A stretch of 35,309 bases of DNA from an uncultured bacterium (GTDB lineage: Bacteria; JAJVIF01; JAPKYR01), in contig CBDURU010000025.1 in assembly GCA_965369865.1 (NCBI GenBank), positions 1 through 35,309 on the forward strand, read 5' to 3'. Position numbers and translations under genes: made by a program. Numbering within the stretch: the first letter of the stretch is position 1; the number at the start of each line of letters is the position of its first letter. The notes under the pieces are model-generated. The model worked only from the letters and a program-made list of their open reading frames with translations. It had not been told where the DNA came from and searched no databases. This document shows, piece after piece, positions 1-8,995 of this stretch.

Positions 1-63
1 TTATTCATGCGGTGTCGCGCCCTTAAAAATGTGCCATTGGTCACTGTCCCCTTTTTTTAAATC

Positions 64-1020
64 CTATGTATTTGATTGCATGAACTGGCTGTGGGGAATG
101 AGGAATACGAATATTGTGATTAAAAGCGCGACGATTGTCCAGATTCCAAACCTGATCAGTTCCCCCTTTTCCACCTGTCCGGTCAATGCCTGCCTGTAGG
201 TTTTATAGTAACTCAGCAGGTGAATTACCCATGCAATAATCAGCCATGTGCTCTTAGTATCCGTGACATCCCCCACTGAGGCTATCCCCTGGGTGGGCCA
301 CGGCATGAAACCGCAGCCGAATGTGAACCAGGTGATCGGGATGCCAAGGACAATAGCGCCGATGGCGAATGTCAGAATCGCCCAGAATGATGATTTGTAT
401 GCCCTGATGAAGGATGTTCCGTTAGAGCCTGCGAAAATTCCGAATACATAAAAAATTACATGAAACATAAACATCAAAGCCCCGAACGACAGAACGATAT
501 GGCTGACAAGCATAACCTTTCCGTAACGCGCCTCTTTGATTACATTGCCTTCATATGTTGCCCAGAAATGCTGATGTTCGCGAGTAAATCCGGAAAACAG
601 CCTTTCGAACAAGTTCATGTCCTTCCAGATTTCAATTGTCCTGCCTTCAGTCGTCTCAATTGTCAAATAATAAAACCATCTCTGGCCTTTTTCTGATAAT
701 GGTGGAAGGATGGCAATCCATTTTTCAGTTTGTTCACCCTCGAAAAATACCGGCTCAAATTCGAGTGGTTCAGGAATATCACCATGATGGCGGATTATCC
801 AGGCTGTGACTCTTACCGGCGCCTCAGGACCAAACTGGATGAATCGAATTTCGAGAAAATGGTTTGTATCCACAAACGTGTCGTCATCCGGCACGAAAAC
901 ATAACCCAACCGTGGAGGGGACATCTCCCTGTACATCTCCGGGGTAATCATACTGCCCATACCGTGCGCAAACGCGGCAAATGCAATAATGACAGTTAAA
1001 ACAAGCGGCCAGTTTCGCAT
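64..1020 (-). CDS. Hypothetical membrane protein: N-terminal signal/TM, extracytoplasmic domain, C-terminal ~4-TM domain with CcsA/CcmC-like motifs
   Basis: 318-aa ORF with hydrophobic N-terminus and ~4 C-terminal TM segments; motifs LVSHIV, DTKSTWLIIAW, LIPHS. Confidence 0.75.
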   Translation of the reverse strand: MRNWPLVLTVIIAFAAFAHGMGSMITPEMYREMSPPRLGYVFVPDDDTFVDTNHFLEIRFIQFGPEAPVRVTAWIIRHHGDIPEPLEFEPVFFEGEQTEKWIAILPPLSEKGQRWFYYLTIETTEGRTIEIWKDMNLFERLFSGFTREHQHFWATYEGNVIKEARYGKVMLVSHIVLSFGALMFMFHVIFYVFGIFAGSNGTSFIRAYKSSFWAILTFAIGAIVLGIPITWFTFGCGFMPWPTQGIASVGDVTDTKSTWLIIAWVIHLLSYYKTYRQALTGQVEKGELIRFGIWTIVALLITIFVFLIPHSQFMQSNT

Positions 1021-1160
1021 AATTAATAAAATGCCTCTCAGTCAGATTAAGAGATTCTATCATGGATAAGACGTCGCCTTCCAGTACACAATCCCCTTAT
1101 TGTTGCAGCAGCAGTAACCAGCACACTAAAAAGTCCCCCGGGAGAGCGGGGGCGGATTTT

Positions 1161-1298
1161 TTAACTGCAATATTTTTTCAGGATGCCGGGATACTCCTCG
1201 CGGTCCGAATCATCCAAGAAAACCCACTGACGAATGTTACCTCTCTGGGTTACATGATGGGGAATTCACGGCACGATAATTCAAGCTGTTCTGGACAT
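1161..1298 (-). pseudogene. N-terminal remnant of a REP-associated tyrosine transposase (RAYT, IS200/Y1 HUH family)
   Basis: Manual translation MSRTA*IIVP*IPHHVTQRGNIRQWVFLDDSDREEYPGILKKYCS* matches the RAYT N-terminus (MPRxARxxxPGxPHHVTQRGNxRxxVFxDDxDR); two in-frame TGA codons, then truncation. Confidence 0.85.
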
Positions 1299-1326
1299 AT
1301 TGGATTATTTGCTTAGTTATTAATTT

Positions 1327-1911
1327 TTAATCAATAGGCAGTTGTCCCCTTTTTACATGAGTCACCTCGTGTAACAAGCGCATCAGCACCTCCTCCTCGT
1401 AGACGATGTGCTTGACGATCTCTTTCGCTCCTGGAGTAAGTCGCCGGTAACCCCAGATTGATCTTCGCCTGGTTTCGTCCCAACCTTCACGCTGGAAATA
1501 AAGCGGCAGGTTGACATCGAAAAAGGAGATGCCGTCCGCGTCTCTAAGCAGATCGGAGCTGGGATCGCCGCCTACTTCATGGGCTTCCACTAAACGGCAG
1601 GTCTCATTAATTAAGCTTGGATCGCTAACTTCGCATTCCTTCATGATCTCCCGAAGGATTACCGCGCTGTTTTCGGCATGGGCGGCCTTGAGAGCATCGT
1701 AATCCCCGAAATCCTCGCGTCTGACCTTACGCTCCTCTATTGCTCGCTCGATATCATGGCCCAAGGCAGCTATCCGCAACGCCTCGTCTGCATTGGGCTT
1801 AAATTTCAGTAACCACTCCAGGGTATTTTCGGCATGACTTGGGTCTTCCGGCACGCTGGAGCGGACGATGGCAGATCGGATTCGTTTCTTAACACAATCA
1901 AGGCTATTCAT
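1327..1911 (-). CDS. HD-superfamily (DUF4202-like) putative phosphohydrolase
   Basis: H...HD...H...D pattern (SHAENT, LGHDIER, AHAENS, DADGISFF); likely ATG at 1911 overlaps the stop of the upstream IPCT/DIPPS gene by 8 nt. Confidence 0.7.
   Translation of the reverse strand: MNSLDCVKKRIRSAIVRSSVPEDPSHAENTLEWLLKFKPNADEALRIAALGHDIERAIEERKVRREDFGDYDALKAAHAENSAVILREIMKECEVSDPSLINETCRLVEAHEVGGDPSSDLLRDADGISFFDVNLPLYFQREGWDETRRRSIWGYRRLTPGAKEIVKHIVYEEEVLMRLLHEVTHVKRGQLPID
1329..1353. repeat. Left 25-bp inverted repeat (RAYT end / REP-like), partner of 5355-5379
   Basis: Reverse complement AAAAGGGGACAACTGCCTATTGATT versus AAAAGGGTACAACTACCTGTTGATT at 5355-5379 (22/25 identical). Confidence 0.8.
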
Positions 1912-3220
1912 TTTCCCGACAGACAATAACTCGACGCACGGTCTCCAGGTTGGTGAGCAGGGCAATGGCCAGCAAAGTCCAAAACGGCAGATTGAGCAGC
2001 ACGCCGACAAAAATCATGAATACACGTACATCACGTCCGATGCGGATTCCCCTGCCGCTCTGAAGCCTGGATTTCATTAAACCGTCATACTTGTCGGCGG
2101 TATAGCTGTTCATAAACGAGCCAATGATGGCCATGAAACCCACGAACAAGGTGAGCCCATCACCACCCACGGTGAACACATGCCAGGTCAGACCGAAGAG
2201 CATGAAAGCGTCGCCGTAACGATCCAGCACAGCGTCGAACCACCCTCCGTATCTGCTGCCTTGGAACTTGAGCCGCGCTATTTCGCCGTCGCACCCGTCA
2301 ATTACCGACGCGATTTGAGCGAGCAGCCCGCCTATCGCCAGGACCGGATACCCGCCCACGGCGAAAAGTACAGCCGCCACAATGGAGAGCAGGAAGCTGA
2401 AAACAGAGATTTGGTTGGGAGTAACGAAGGTGCGCACCAGGTAGCGGGACATCCACACTGAGACAGGCCGGTTGATATAGCGGGCGACCGGGCCATCATT
2501 GGGCTTTCCCAATTGTTTCAGCAGACTTTGCTCCGCCCTCTTGAAGGCCGCGGGATCGTCAATATCGATCCAGAAACCGCTTACGGGGATCGCTTTGACG
2601 CGTCCCTCGGCGGCCAAAACCCGTACCGCTCCGGACAGTGTTGTATCGCCGTGTTTTTCTTTATTCTGTTCAAGGGCCCTAAAGATGGCGGAAGAGCATA
2701 GAAAAATACCGGTATCGAAGCCGTTGAAATCGGTCATCCCTTTGCCGATGTCACAGATATTCCCATTTTCCATTTTAACGCGAGTTACATCATCCATGTT
2801 GACGAGGGAGTTGTGAATATCACCATCCACTCCGAGCGCTATCTCGCTATCGAGCAGGGAATGGGTTGTCAATGCGCTGGCAAGACCCGGATCAAAGAGG
2901 TGATCCGCCATGAGCAGCAAAAATGGTTCATGCAGAACCTCCCGCGCCTTGAGTACTGAAAGCCCGTTTTCTTTCTCCCAGTCGTCATTCACCAGTGTGG
3001 TGATCCGAATCGCGAGACGTTTCGCTAGCTGGGCTAGGAAATCACGCATCCTGTCGCCCTGGTAGCCTATGACAACATAAAATTCATCCACCCCGGTCTC
3101 CAATGCGGTGCGGATGACACGTTCGATAATCGGGATGCCCAGGATGGGGATGAGAGGTTTGCTGTCACCCCTTCGCTGCAACCGGCTGCCCTTGCCTGCT
3201 GCGATAATGAGACACTTCAT
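1904..3220 (-). CDS. Bifunctional CTP:inositol-1-phosphate cytidylyltransferase / CDP-inositol:inositol-1-phosphate transferase (IPCT/DIPPS)
   Basis: N-terminal nucleotidyltransferase ([10 protein letters not shown]...SKPL) fused to a CDP-alcohol phosphotransferase signature (DGCDGEIAR...[13 protein letters not shown]); adjacent to ino1; ATG 3220 preceded by AGGTG (alternative GTG 3229). Confidence 0.88.
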   Translation of the reverse strand: MKCLIIAAGKGSRLQRRGDSKPLIPILGIPIIERVIRTALETGVDEFYVVIGYQGDRMRDFLAQLAKRLAIRITTLVNDDWEKENGLSVLKAREVLHEPFLLLMADHLFDPGLASALTTHSLLDSEIALGVDGDIHNSLVNMDDVTRVKMENGNICDIGKGMTDFNGFDTGIFLCSSAIFRALEQNKEKHGDTTLSGAVRVLAAEGRVKAIPVSGFWIDIDDPAAFKRAEQSLLKQLGKPNDGPVARYINRPVSVWMSRYLVRTFVTPNQISVFSFLLSIVAAVLFAVGGYPVLAIGGLLAQIASVIDGCDGEIARLKFQGSRYGGWFDAVLDRYGDAFMLFGLTWHVFTVGGDGLTLFVGFMAIIGSFMNSYTADKYDGLMKSRLQSGRGIRIGRDVRVFMIFVGVLLNLPFWTLLAIALLTNLETVRRVIVCRENE

Positions 3221-4325
3221 ACTCTTCACCTAGGTTACCGTGGATGAATTGCTCAACCATATGAAAAGCTTCATCGTCCGTGAATTGGCGTGGTGGATGT
3301 TTGCAGAAATAGGCTGATGGCGCTTGAAGAACACCACCCTGACCGCGGTTCAAAGCCAATTTTACACAGCGGATGGCGTCAATAACGACACCAGCCGAGT
3401 TGGGAGAATCCTCCACTGAAAGGCGAAGTTCCAGATTAAATGGCACGTCACCGAAGAGCCTACCCTCCATTCGAATAAAACAGACTTTATTGTCTTTTTG
3501 CCATGGTACGTAATCACTGGGGCCAACATGGATGTTTTCATCGTCCAAACGTCTACTCATCACAGCTTGAACAGCCTCTGTCTTGGATATTTTCTTAGAG
3601 CGCAGGCGGCTTCGACTGAGCATGTTGAGGAAATCCGTGTTGCCACCGGTATTTAGTTGGTAGGTGCGCATTAGTTTAACGCCGCGCCTTTTGAAAAGAT
3701 CCACCAGCACACGGTGAGTGATGGTAGCACCCAGTTGAGACTTGATGTCGTCACCAATGATGGGAATATTCCTTTCCTCGAATCGCCTTGCCCATTCTGG
3801 ATTGCTTGCGATAAACACCGGGATGTTGTTAACAAACGCGACGCCAGCCTCTAACGCGCACTCGGCGTAAAACCGGGCAGCTTCTTCGGAACCGACAGGG
3901 AGATAGTTCACGAGGATTTCCGCGCCTGATTCCATGAGCACTTTGATAACTTCCTCTTTAGTCGGCTCTGGATCGCTTGCTAAAACGAAAGTGGATTTTT
4001 CGTCATAATCCTTCATGTGGGTCGCAAACCCATCGAGAATTTTACCCATCCGGACAATTACTCCGGACTGGGGGATATCGTCACAGAAAACCGTCGTGCA
4101 ATTAGGATTGGAAAAGATGGCCTGGTGCACATCCTTTCCAACCTTCCGTTTGTCGATATCGAATGCTGCTACGACCTCGATGTCTTCCGGCTTATACCCT
4201 CCGATCACCCAGTGCATTAAGCCGATTACCTCTTGCTGGACTTCCCCCTTGTAATAGTGGATTCCCTGAATCAAGGAACTGGCGCAGTTCCCAATTCCAA
4301 CGATTGCGATTTTGATTTTACTCAC
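3165..4325 (-). CDS. ino1: myo-inositol-1-phosphate synthase
   Basis: [57 protein letters not shown] motifs; GTG 4325 with AGGAG RBS. Confidence 0.93.
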   Translation of the reverse strand: MSKIKIAIVGIGNCASSLIQGIHYYKGEVQQEVIGLMHWVIGGYKPEDIEVVAAFDIDKRKVGKDVHQAIFSNPNCTTVFCDDIPQSGVIVRMGKILDGFATHMKDYDEKSTFVLASDPEPTKEEVIKVLMESGAEILVNYLPVGSEEAARFYAECALEAGVAFVNNIPVFIASNPEWARRFEERNIPIIGDDIKSQLGATITHRVLVDLFKRRGVKLMRTYQLNTGGNTDFLNMLSRSRLRSKKISKTEAVQAVMSRRLDDENIHVGPSDYVPWQKDNKVCFIRMEGRLFGDVPFNLELRLSVEDSPNSAGVVIDAIRCVKLALNRGQGGVLQAPSAYFCKHPPRQFTDDEAFHMVEQFIHGNLGEEYEVSHYRSRQGQPVAAKG

Positions 4326-4451
4326 AGTTACATCGTCTCCTTGAATTAAATTGCTGCTCATAGAAATAATGAACCACATATCAACATTGCATATTTAAAA
4401 CAATATCTTTAGATGAAAAATGACTGGGTTACCAGCCACTGCATGGGAAAT

Positions 4452-4480
4452 CTGATAGATGGCGAACTTTTAAGTATAAT
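4452..4480 (+). promoter_or_regulatory. Possible sigma70 promoter for the MscS gene
   Basis: CTGATA-17 bp-TATAAT upstream of GGAGG RBS. Confidence 0.4.
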
Positions 4481-4520
4481 GAATTTTTTGTGACATGTCA
4501 ATTTACCTGGAGGTTTGATT

Positions 4521-5339
4521 ATGTTTTCCGATATGAATCTGGACGTACTTAATGAAGCCACGATGCTATTCATTCTTACAAGCGTGCCGAGGATTATCCT
4601 CATCCTTATCCTGGTCTTTCTGGCGAGAAGGGTGATGAAGTCGCTCTTGAACCGCATGGAAGTCCACTTGTCCAAAGAAAAATTGGCCGCTGACACCAAG
4701 AGGGCTAATACACTGGTCAATATCTTATACAATATTGGGGTATTCGCGATCTATGTCGTTGGCGGCGTCCTCATAATCCAAGAGTTGGGATTTAACGCTA
4801 CTCCCATCATTGCGAGCGTGGGTATCCTGGGATTGGCAGTGGGTTTTGGAGCCCAGACATTGGTGCATGACATCATTGCGGGCTTTTTCATCCTACTGGA
4901 GGACCATTACGTTATTGGTGATGAAATCCAGATAGACAATACAAGGGGAATAGTCGAGAGCATGACCATTCGCTCCACCCGCCTGCGCGACACTGATGGT
5001 GTTGTACATTTCATACCAAACAGCAAGATCAACAAAGTGGCGAACCTGAGTAAAGATTGGTCGGGGGCGGTGCTCACTATCGATATACCGTATGACGAGG
5101 ATGTCGACCGGGCGATGGATGTCCTGAGGGAAACTTCCAAAGAGATGGTGGAAGACAAAAACTTCGGTCCTTTAATTACGGAAGGTTTCAGGGATCCCGT
5201 GATTGAGAACATAGGCAATTCCAAAGTTAGCATCCGCCTGATGGCCAGGACACTACCCATGGAACAATGGAATGTGACGAGGGAACTTAGACGCCGGGTA
5301 AAAAAGCGGTTCGATGAACTCGAAATAGGAATAAAGTAG
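4521..5339 (+). CDS. mscS: Small-conductance mechanosensitive channel (MscS family)
   Basis: TM3 motif GILGLAVGFGAQ..., IGDEI, G.VE.MTIRST, IPNS; ATG 4521 with GGAGG RBS. Confidence 0.9.
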   Translation: MFSDMNLDVLNEATMLFILTSVPRIILILILVFLARRVMKSLLNRMEVHLSKEKLAADTKRANTLVNILYNIGVFAIYVVGGVLIIQELGFNATPIIASVGILGLAVGFGAQTLVHDIIAGFFILLEDHYVIGDEIQIDNTRGIVESMTIRSTRLRDTDGVVHFIPNSKINKVANLSKDWSGAVLTIDIPYDEDVDRAMDVLRETSKEMVEDKNFGPLITEGFRDPVIENIGNSKVSIRLMARTLPMEQWNVTRELRRRVKKRFDELEIGIK

Positions 5340-5354
5340 AAATAGTGATTTCAT

Positions 5355-5379
5355 AAAAGGGTACAACTACCTGTTGATT
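5355..5379. repeat. Right 25-bp inverted repeat (RAYT end / REP-like), partner of 1329-1353
   Basis: AAAAGGGTACAACTACCTGTTGATT; 22/25 match to the reverse complement of 1329-1353. Confidence 0.8.
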
Positions 5380-5397
5380 TAGATTTATATCTCATCT

Positions 5398-5496
5398 TTA
5401 TTCCTCCATCAGTCTGCCCCTCGACTTCAGCACTACCGGGAATCCCATCCGCCTTTCAATCGCCTTAAGGAATTCCTCGCTTCCCATCAGTCTGCA
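5398..5496 (-). pseudogene. C-terminal remnant of a RAYT transposase
   Basis: Manual translation CRLMGSEEFLKAIERRMGFPVVLKSRGRLMEE* resembles the RAYT C-terminus (GRPLGSxxFxxxLExxLGxxLxPxKRGRP). Confidence 0.65.
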
Positions 5497-5516
5497 CGGC
5501 GCACGGAGCCTTTTTG

Positions 5517-7865
5517 TTAAGGACTGACGCCGACAGTAAAGTCCAGCAACTCGCCCTCCGGATAAGCATCGGGCAGGTTGATAAGGAAATTCCCGTATTG
5601 CCTCAACGCCACCGCTAGTTCCTCCGCGGCATCCATTACGCTACCCGATGCTGTTCCCGGATCCTCCGCAAGCTCTCGCTCAAGGAACGCATCGATAATC
5701 GGATCGGGCAGGCCAAGGGTCCGCGCGGCTTCAATTGATTCGGGGGAATACCCCTCGTTTGCCAGTCGTTGCTGACCATCCCGGAAATCTTCTGGTGTGA
5801 CGTATACATCCGTAACCCCTTCGGCACGAAGGAGTGCGAGGTATTCATCAATACGATCGGCGGCGATGTACATAGCATATCCCGACTGCCGGCGATAGTA
5901 AATGCATGCCTTGGCCTGCTCCCATGCCCAGTGATCATCGCCATCGATGGCGGCGCCGGACTGCCTTTCCGCCGACGTCAACGCGGCCTGGAGAAGAACC
6001 GCCACGTCCAGGAATGCGGTCAGCATCGCGTTTTGAGTGTTGACCATAGCAGGAGGTCCGTCGGCGGGGGATTCCAGAAAATAGTAAGTAAACGACCCGG
6101 GTTCCGCGATTTCATCATAATCGAATCGCGGGGGGTCATCGCTCAATTCACCCGCGCAGAATTCCCACAAATTCACTACCCATTTCAGACCATCGCCGAA
6201 TATCTTGTTTGGAATCGCAAATCCCCATGAATTAACAAGATGCATCGGACCCGATTCTATCCAGCTCAGCTTGTCGTTAAAATCGCTGAATTTGTCCACC
6301 GCATCCATCGTGTTTGAAGCCTCGGGACTTTTATCAGGTTTGAACTCCTGGATCCTCGGGTTATCACCCCACTCGGGATTCCGGCTCGGAATGGGGTCGC
6401 GTCCGCCGAGACGCTGCCTTCCACGGCTCCCGGGATTCGCAGTATCGCCTGAAGGATCATACGGTCGCCAGCGCAAACGCCAGTCGAATTGCTTGAAATC
6501 CTTCGCTGCCAGGAATGTGTCCTTTGTCATATTGGCACTGATAACTGCATACATCCAGGCCTCTTTTGCAAGGTCAATCACATCCAGGCGGCTTTCATTA
6601 CCGCTAAATCCATGTGATGCAAGGTGCGCGTCAAGTGCATAGGAAAATTTCCCAATGTTAACGATCGTGTCCACCCAGTCCCCATCACCACAGAGTCGAA
6701 TCACTTCCGATCGATGCCCGTTGATCCATCCCGAATTTACATTTCCATCGACATTGAATGAGCCAAATTCCTCCTGGAGTGTATTCCATGGATCATTCAC
6801 ATCGCGGTAGGAGAAGGTGAGGATACCGTTATTTATTTCCAGACGGTTTCCGTGCTCATCCTCTATTGAAATTATTTCGTCATCATTGCCAAACTCGATC
6901 GCGCACTGATCGGGTACCGCGATTTCAACATGGGTACTTGAGTAGCCGGAGGGATCATATCGAATGTAGTAACCGTCCGGATGATATGACCACCTTTCAG
7001 CCGGGATTTCACGGTCTTCACCGGTCATGAGCGGGTCCCCTGTCAGGATAGCGATCGCTTCGATCTCATCATATGACGCAGCTTCCTCGATTATTAAGCG
7101 CCGGATGTCCGCGTTCGCCCGCATGACCTGCTCAACCTCATGAGGAACATCGATGTAAGTAAAAACTTCGCCCATCAGATCATTGGGAATAATCCCAAAC
7201 GCTCCCATGTTGATTTCACCAATCTGCTCGTCTGACAGGAGCTGGCGCGCGATTCGCTGCATGTCGGTGTTCATATCACTGAGCTTGGTGCGAGCGAGAA
7301 CAGCCCATACGAGATACTGGATTTCCCTTTGTTCAAACTCGGGATGCGTTTCCGAATTTTTCAGTATGTCGCGGATGATGTACGCCCAGGGCCCTTTCAG
7401 TGGGGCATACAGGTAACCTTCACCATGCCCGGGACCGTGTGAACCGGCGTGCAGGCAGAATGTTTCGAGATCGTTACTGTATCGCCCCGGCATTAAAAGC
7501 CTCCCGCCATCCGGGCTTCTGGGCATCTCATTGATAGGGATGAAATCCCTGTTGCCTGTAAAATGCGATGCAGGGTAACTGTCGAGAAAGGGGACGTCGG
7601 TTATGGCATCATCGAGACTGGTCGTTAACGGGTCTTCCTGATCCGTACTCAGTCCGAACCCCCCAAGGTTTTCGACTATATAGGCGATATTACCGATATC
7701 CTCGATGACATCTTCAATATCCTCCAGATCGTCAATGTCACCGATATCGGGGATGTCAAAATCCGGAAATTGTTTCCGCTCGTTTGTATGTCCCGATGCG
7801 ACACCGGCAGCAAGCAGACAGAGCATCAATGAAAGACTGGCAATGCGAAAGATGTGTGTATTCAT
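5517..7865 (-). CDS. Large secreted hypothetical protein with thioester-domain-like motifs
   Basis: 782-aa acidic ORF with signal peptide; FCL (Cys137), IQYLVW (182-187), RQRL (Gln484). Confidence 0.75.
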   Translation of the reverse strand: MNTHIFRIASLSLMLCLLAAGVASGHTNERKQFPDFDIPDIGDIDDLEDIEDVIEDIGNIAYIVENLGGFGLSTDQEDPLTTSLDDAITDVPFLDSYPASHFTGNRDFIPINEMPRSPDGGRLLMPGRYSNDLETFCLHAGSHGPGHGEGYLYAPLKGPWAYIIRDILKNSETHPEFEQREIQYLVWAVLARTKLSDMNTDMQRIARQLLSDEQIGEINMGAFGIIPNDLMGEVFTYIDVPHEVEQVMRANADIRRLIIEEAASYDEIEAIAILTGDPLMTGEDREIPAERWSYHPDGYYIRYDPSGYSSTHVEIAVPDQCAIEFGNDDEIISIEDEHGNRLEINNGILTFSYRDVNDPWNTLQEEFGSFNVDGNVNSGWINGHRSEVIRLCGDGDWVDTIVNIGKFSYALDAHLASHGFSGNESRLDVIDLAKEAWMYAVISANMTKDTFLAAKDFKQFDWRLRWRPYDPSGDTANPGSRGRQRLGGRDPIPSRNPEWGDNPRIQEFKPDKSPEASNTMDAVDKFSDFNDKLSWIESGPMHLVNSWGFAIPNKIFGDGLKWVVNLWEFCAGELSDDPPRFDYDEIAEPGSFTYYFLESPADGPPAMVNTQNAMLTAFLDVAVLLQAALTSAERQSGAAIDGDDHWAWEQAKACIYYRRQSGYAMYIAADRIDEYLALLRAEGVTDVYVTPEDFRDGQQRLANEGYSPESIEAARTLGLPDPIIDAFLERELAEDPGTASGSVMDAAEELAVALRQYGNFLINLPDAYPEGELLDFTVGVSP

Positions 7866-7977
7866 GGTCGCGAACCTCTTTATCAGATTTGATCGGGTAT
7901 TTTACCATACTGGAGAAAAAAACAGAAAAACCTTATGCCAGTTCCCTTAACGTTACTTCCGTTTTCGTTTTAACTGG

Positions 7978-8742
7978 CTAATACTTTCCCGGCATGACTG
8001 CTTTAAGGACCGATGTGTAGGCAAAGAAGGTCAGACCTGCCAGGAGAGCCATATAAATAGCTACAATCCCAATTGGATTCACCCAGCCAAAAGTATACGC
8101 TGGCAATATTGAAACTATTAAATTCATGACTATTAACCAGGCAAAGGAACCCCAGAGGGTCCTGGTTTCCAGGACGACTATGATAGACAGTAGAATCATA
8201 ATTACCCCTGTCAGGATACTTCCGCCAACTTGCATTAAAAATACAGGCCAACCATACTCGATGCCGTAAAAGAAAGAACCTGGTGCCCTGGTCATCTGGT
8301 AGAAAATGAATGCGTAAAGAAGAGATCCAATTACTTGAGGTATGAGGTAAGACACAATCTGGACTTGAAGCAGGCCTGATAAAATTTCCTTACTATTAAG
8401 GATGGTGTATCTCAATCCTCTGGAATCGAAGTCTCGTTGAATAATCCTGACAATTGGGTAAGTAAGTAAAAAAATCCCAATCACGGCACCAATAAGGTCA
8501 ATACCCAATAGGTCAAACGCTCCCAAATATAGACCTGGTAAAAATACAACCAGAATTAACGAAGGCTCTATAATAATTAAGATCAACTCAAACCAGCCGC
8601 CTGCTCTCCTCGCGTATTTATTCGTAAAAAGCTCGCGGGCCGCGGTCGCCTGGATAGGATTATCATTCAGCGCAAGATGCCTGAGCAAATTAAATCTCAG
8701 GGAGATCTTCTCAAGCCCGATAAGTTTAATTTCACCGTTCAT
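7978..8742 (-). CDS. Hypothetical multi-pass membrane protein (about 6 TM; possibly ABC-2 permease-like)
   Basis: 254-aa hydrophobic ORF, visibly AT-richer than its neighbours. Confidence 0.65.
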   Translation of the reverse strand: MNGEIKLIGLEKISLRFNLLRHLALNDNPIQATAARELFTNKYARRAGGWFELILIIIEPSLILVVFLPGLYLGAFDLLGIDLIGAVIGIFLLTYPIVRIIQRDFDSRGLRYTILNSKEILSGLLQVQIVSYLIPQVIGSLLYAFIFYQMTRAPGSFFYGIEYGWPVFLMQVGGSILTGVIMILLSIIVVLETRTLWGSFAWLIVMNLIVSILPAYTFGWVNPIGIVAIYMALLAGLTFFAYTSVLKAVMPGKY

Positions 8743-8809
8743 TTAAAAATTTCCTGCGACACTGTATCCTCCACGACTCCTGAATTATACACAAGTTGCG
8801 TTGGATACC

Positions 8810-8913
8810 GGGGACAGGCACTCAAATTTGCCGGGCAGTTTGCAGGGAGCGTGGCCATATGTATTAGCGGCAAATTTGTGAGCCAGTCCCCTAGTTCGAA
8901 CCAGTCCCCATTT
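8810..8913. repeat. REPIN-like element A (23-bp inverted arms, 36-bp spacer, extra half copy)
   Basis: GGGGACAGGCACTCAAATTTGCC-N36-GGCAAATTTGTGAGCCAGTCCCC plus CCAGTCCCCATTT; arms nearly identical to the element at 22064-22182. Confidence 0.8.
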
Positions 8914-8995
8914 TCAGACAATATCAAAGTAACTCGGTAATGAAAATCCAGGGCCAAATGTTCAATACTGTACAAGTGAAATTTATTTTTGTACA

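Noticed and set aside
1161..1298. TGA recoding (Sec, or Gly as in genetic code 25) in the RAYT fragment
   Set aside because: The two TGA codons align with Arg and Gly (single-base changes), the fragment is truncated anyway, and TGA is the normal stop in many genes here.
1062..1316. 84-aa plus-strand ORF
   Set aside because: It is antisense to the RAYT remnant and has no recognisable motif.
1912..2010. N-terminal extension of the HD ORF to 2010; likewise ino1 to 4379, nuoG-like to 19673 and cusB to 30234
   Set aside because: The extensions overlap upstream genes or lack an RBS; the downstream starts have an RBS or coupled overlaps.
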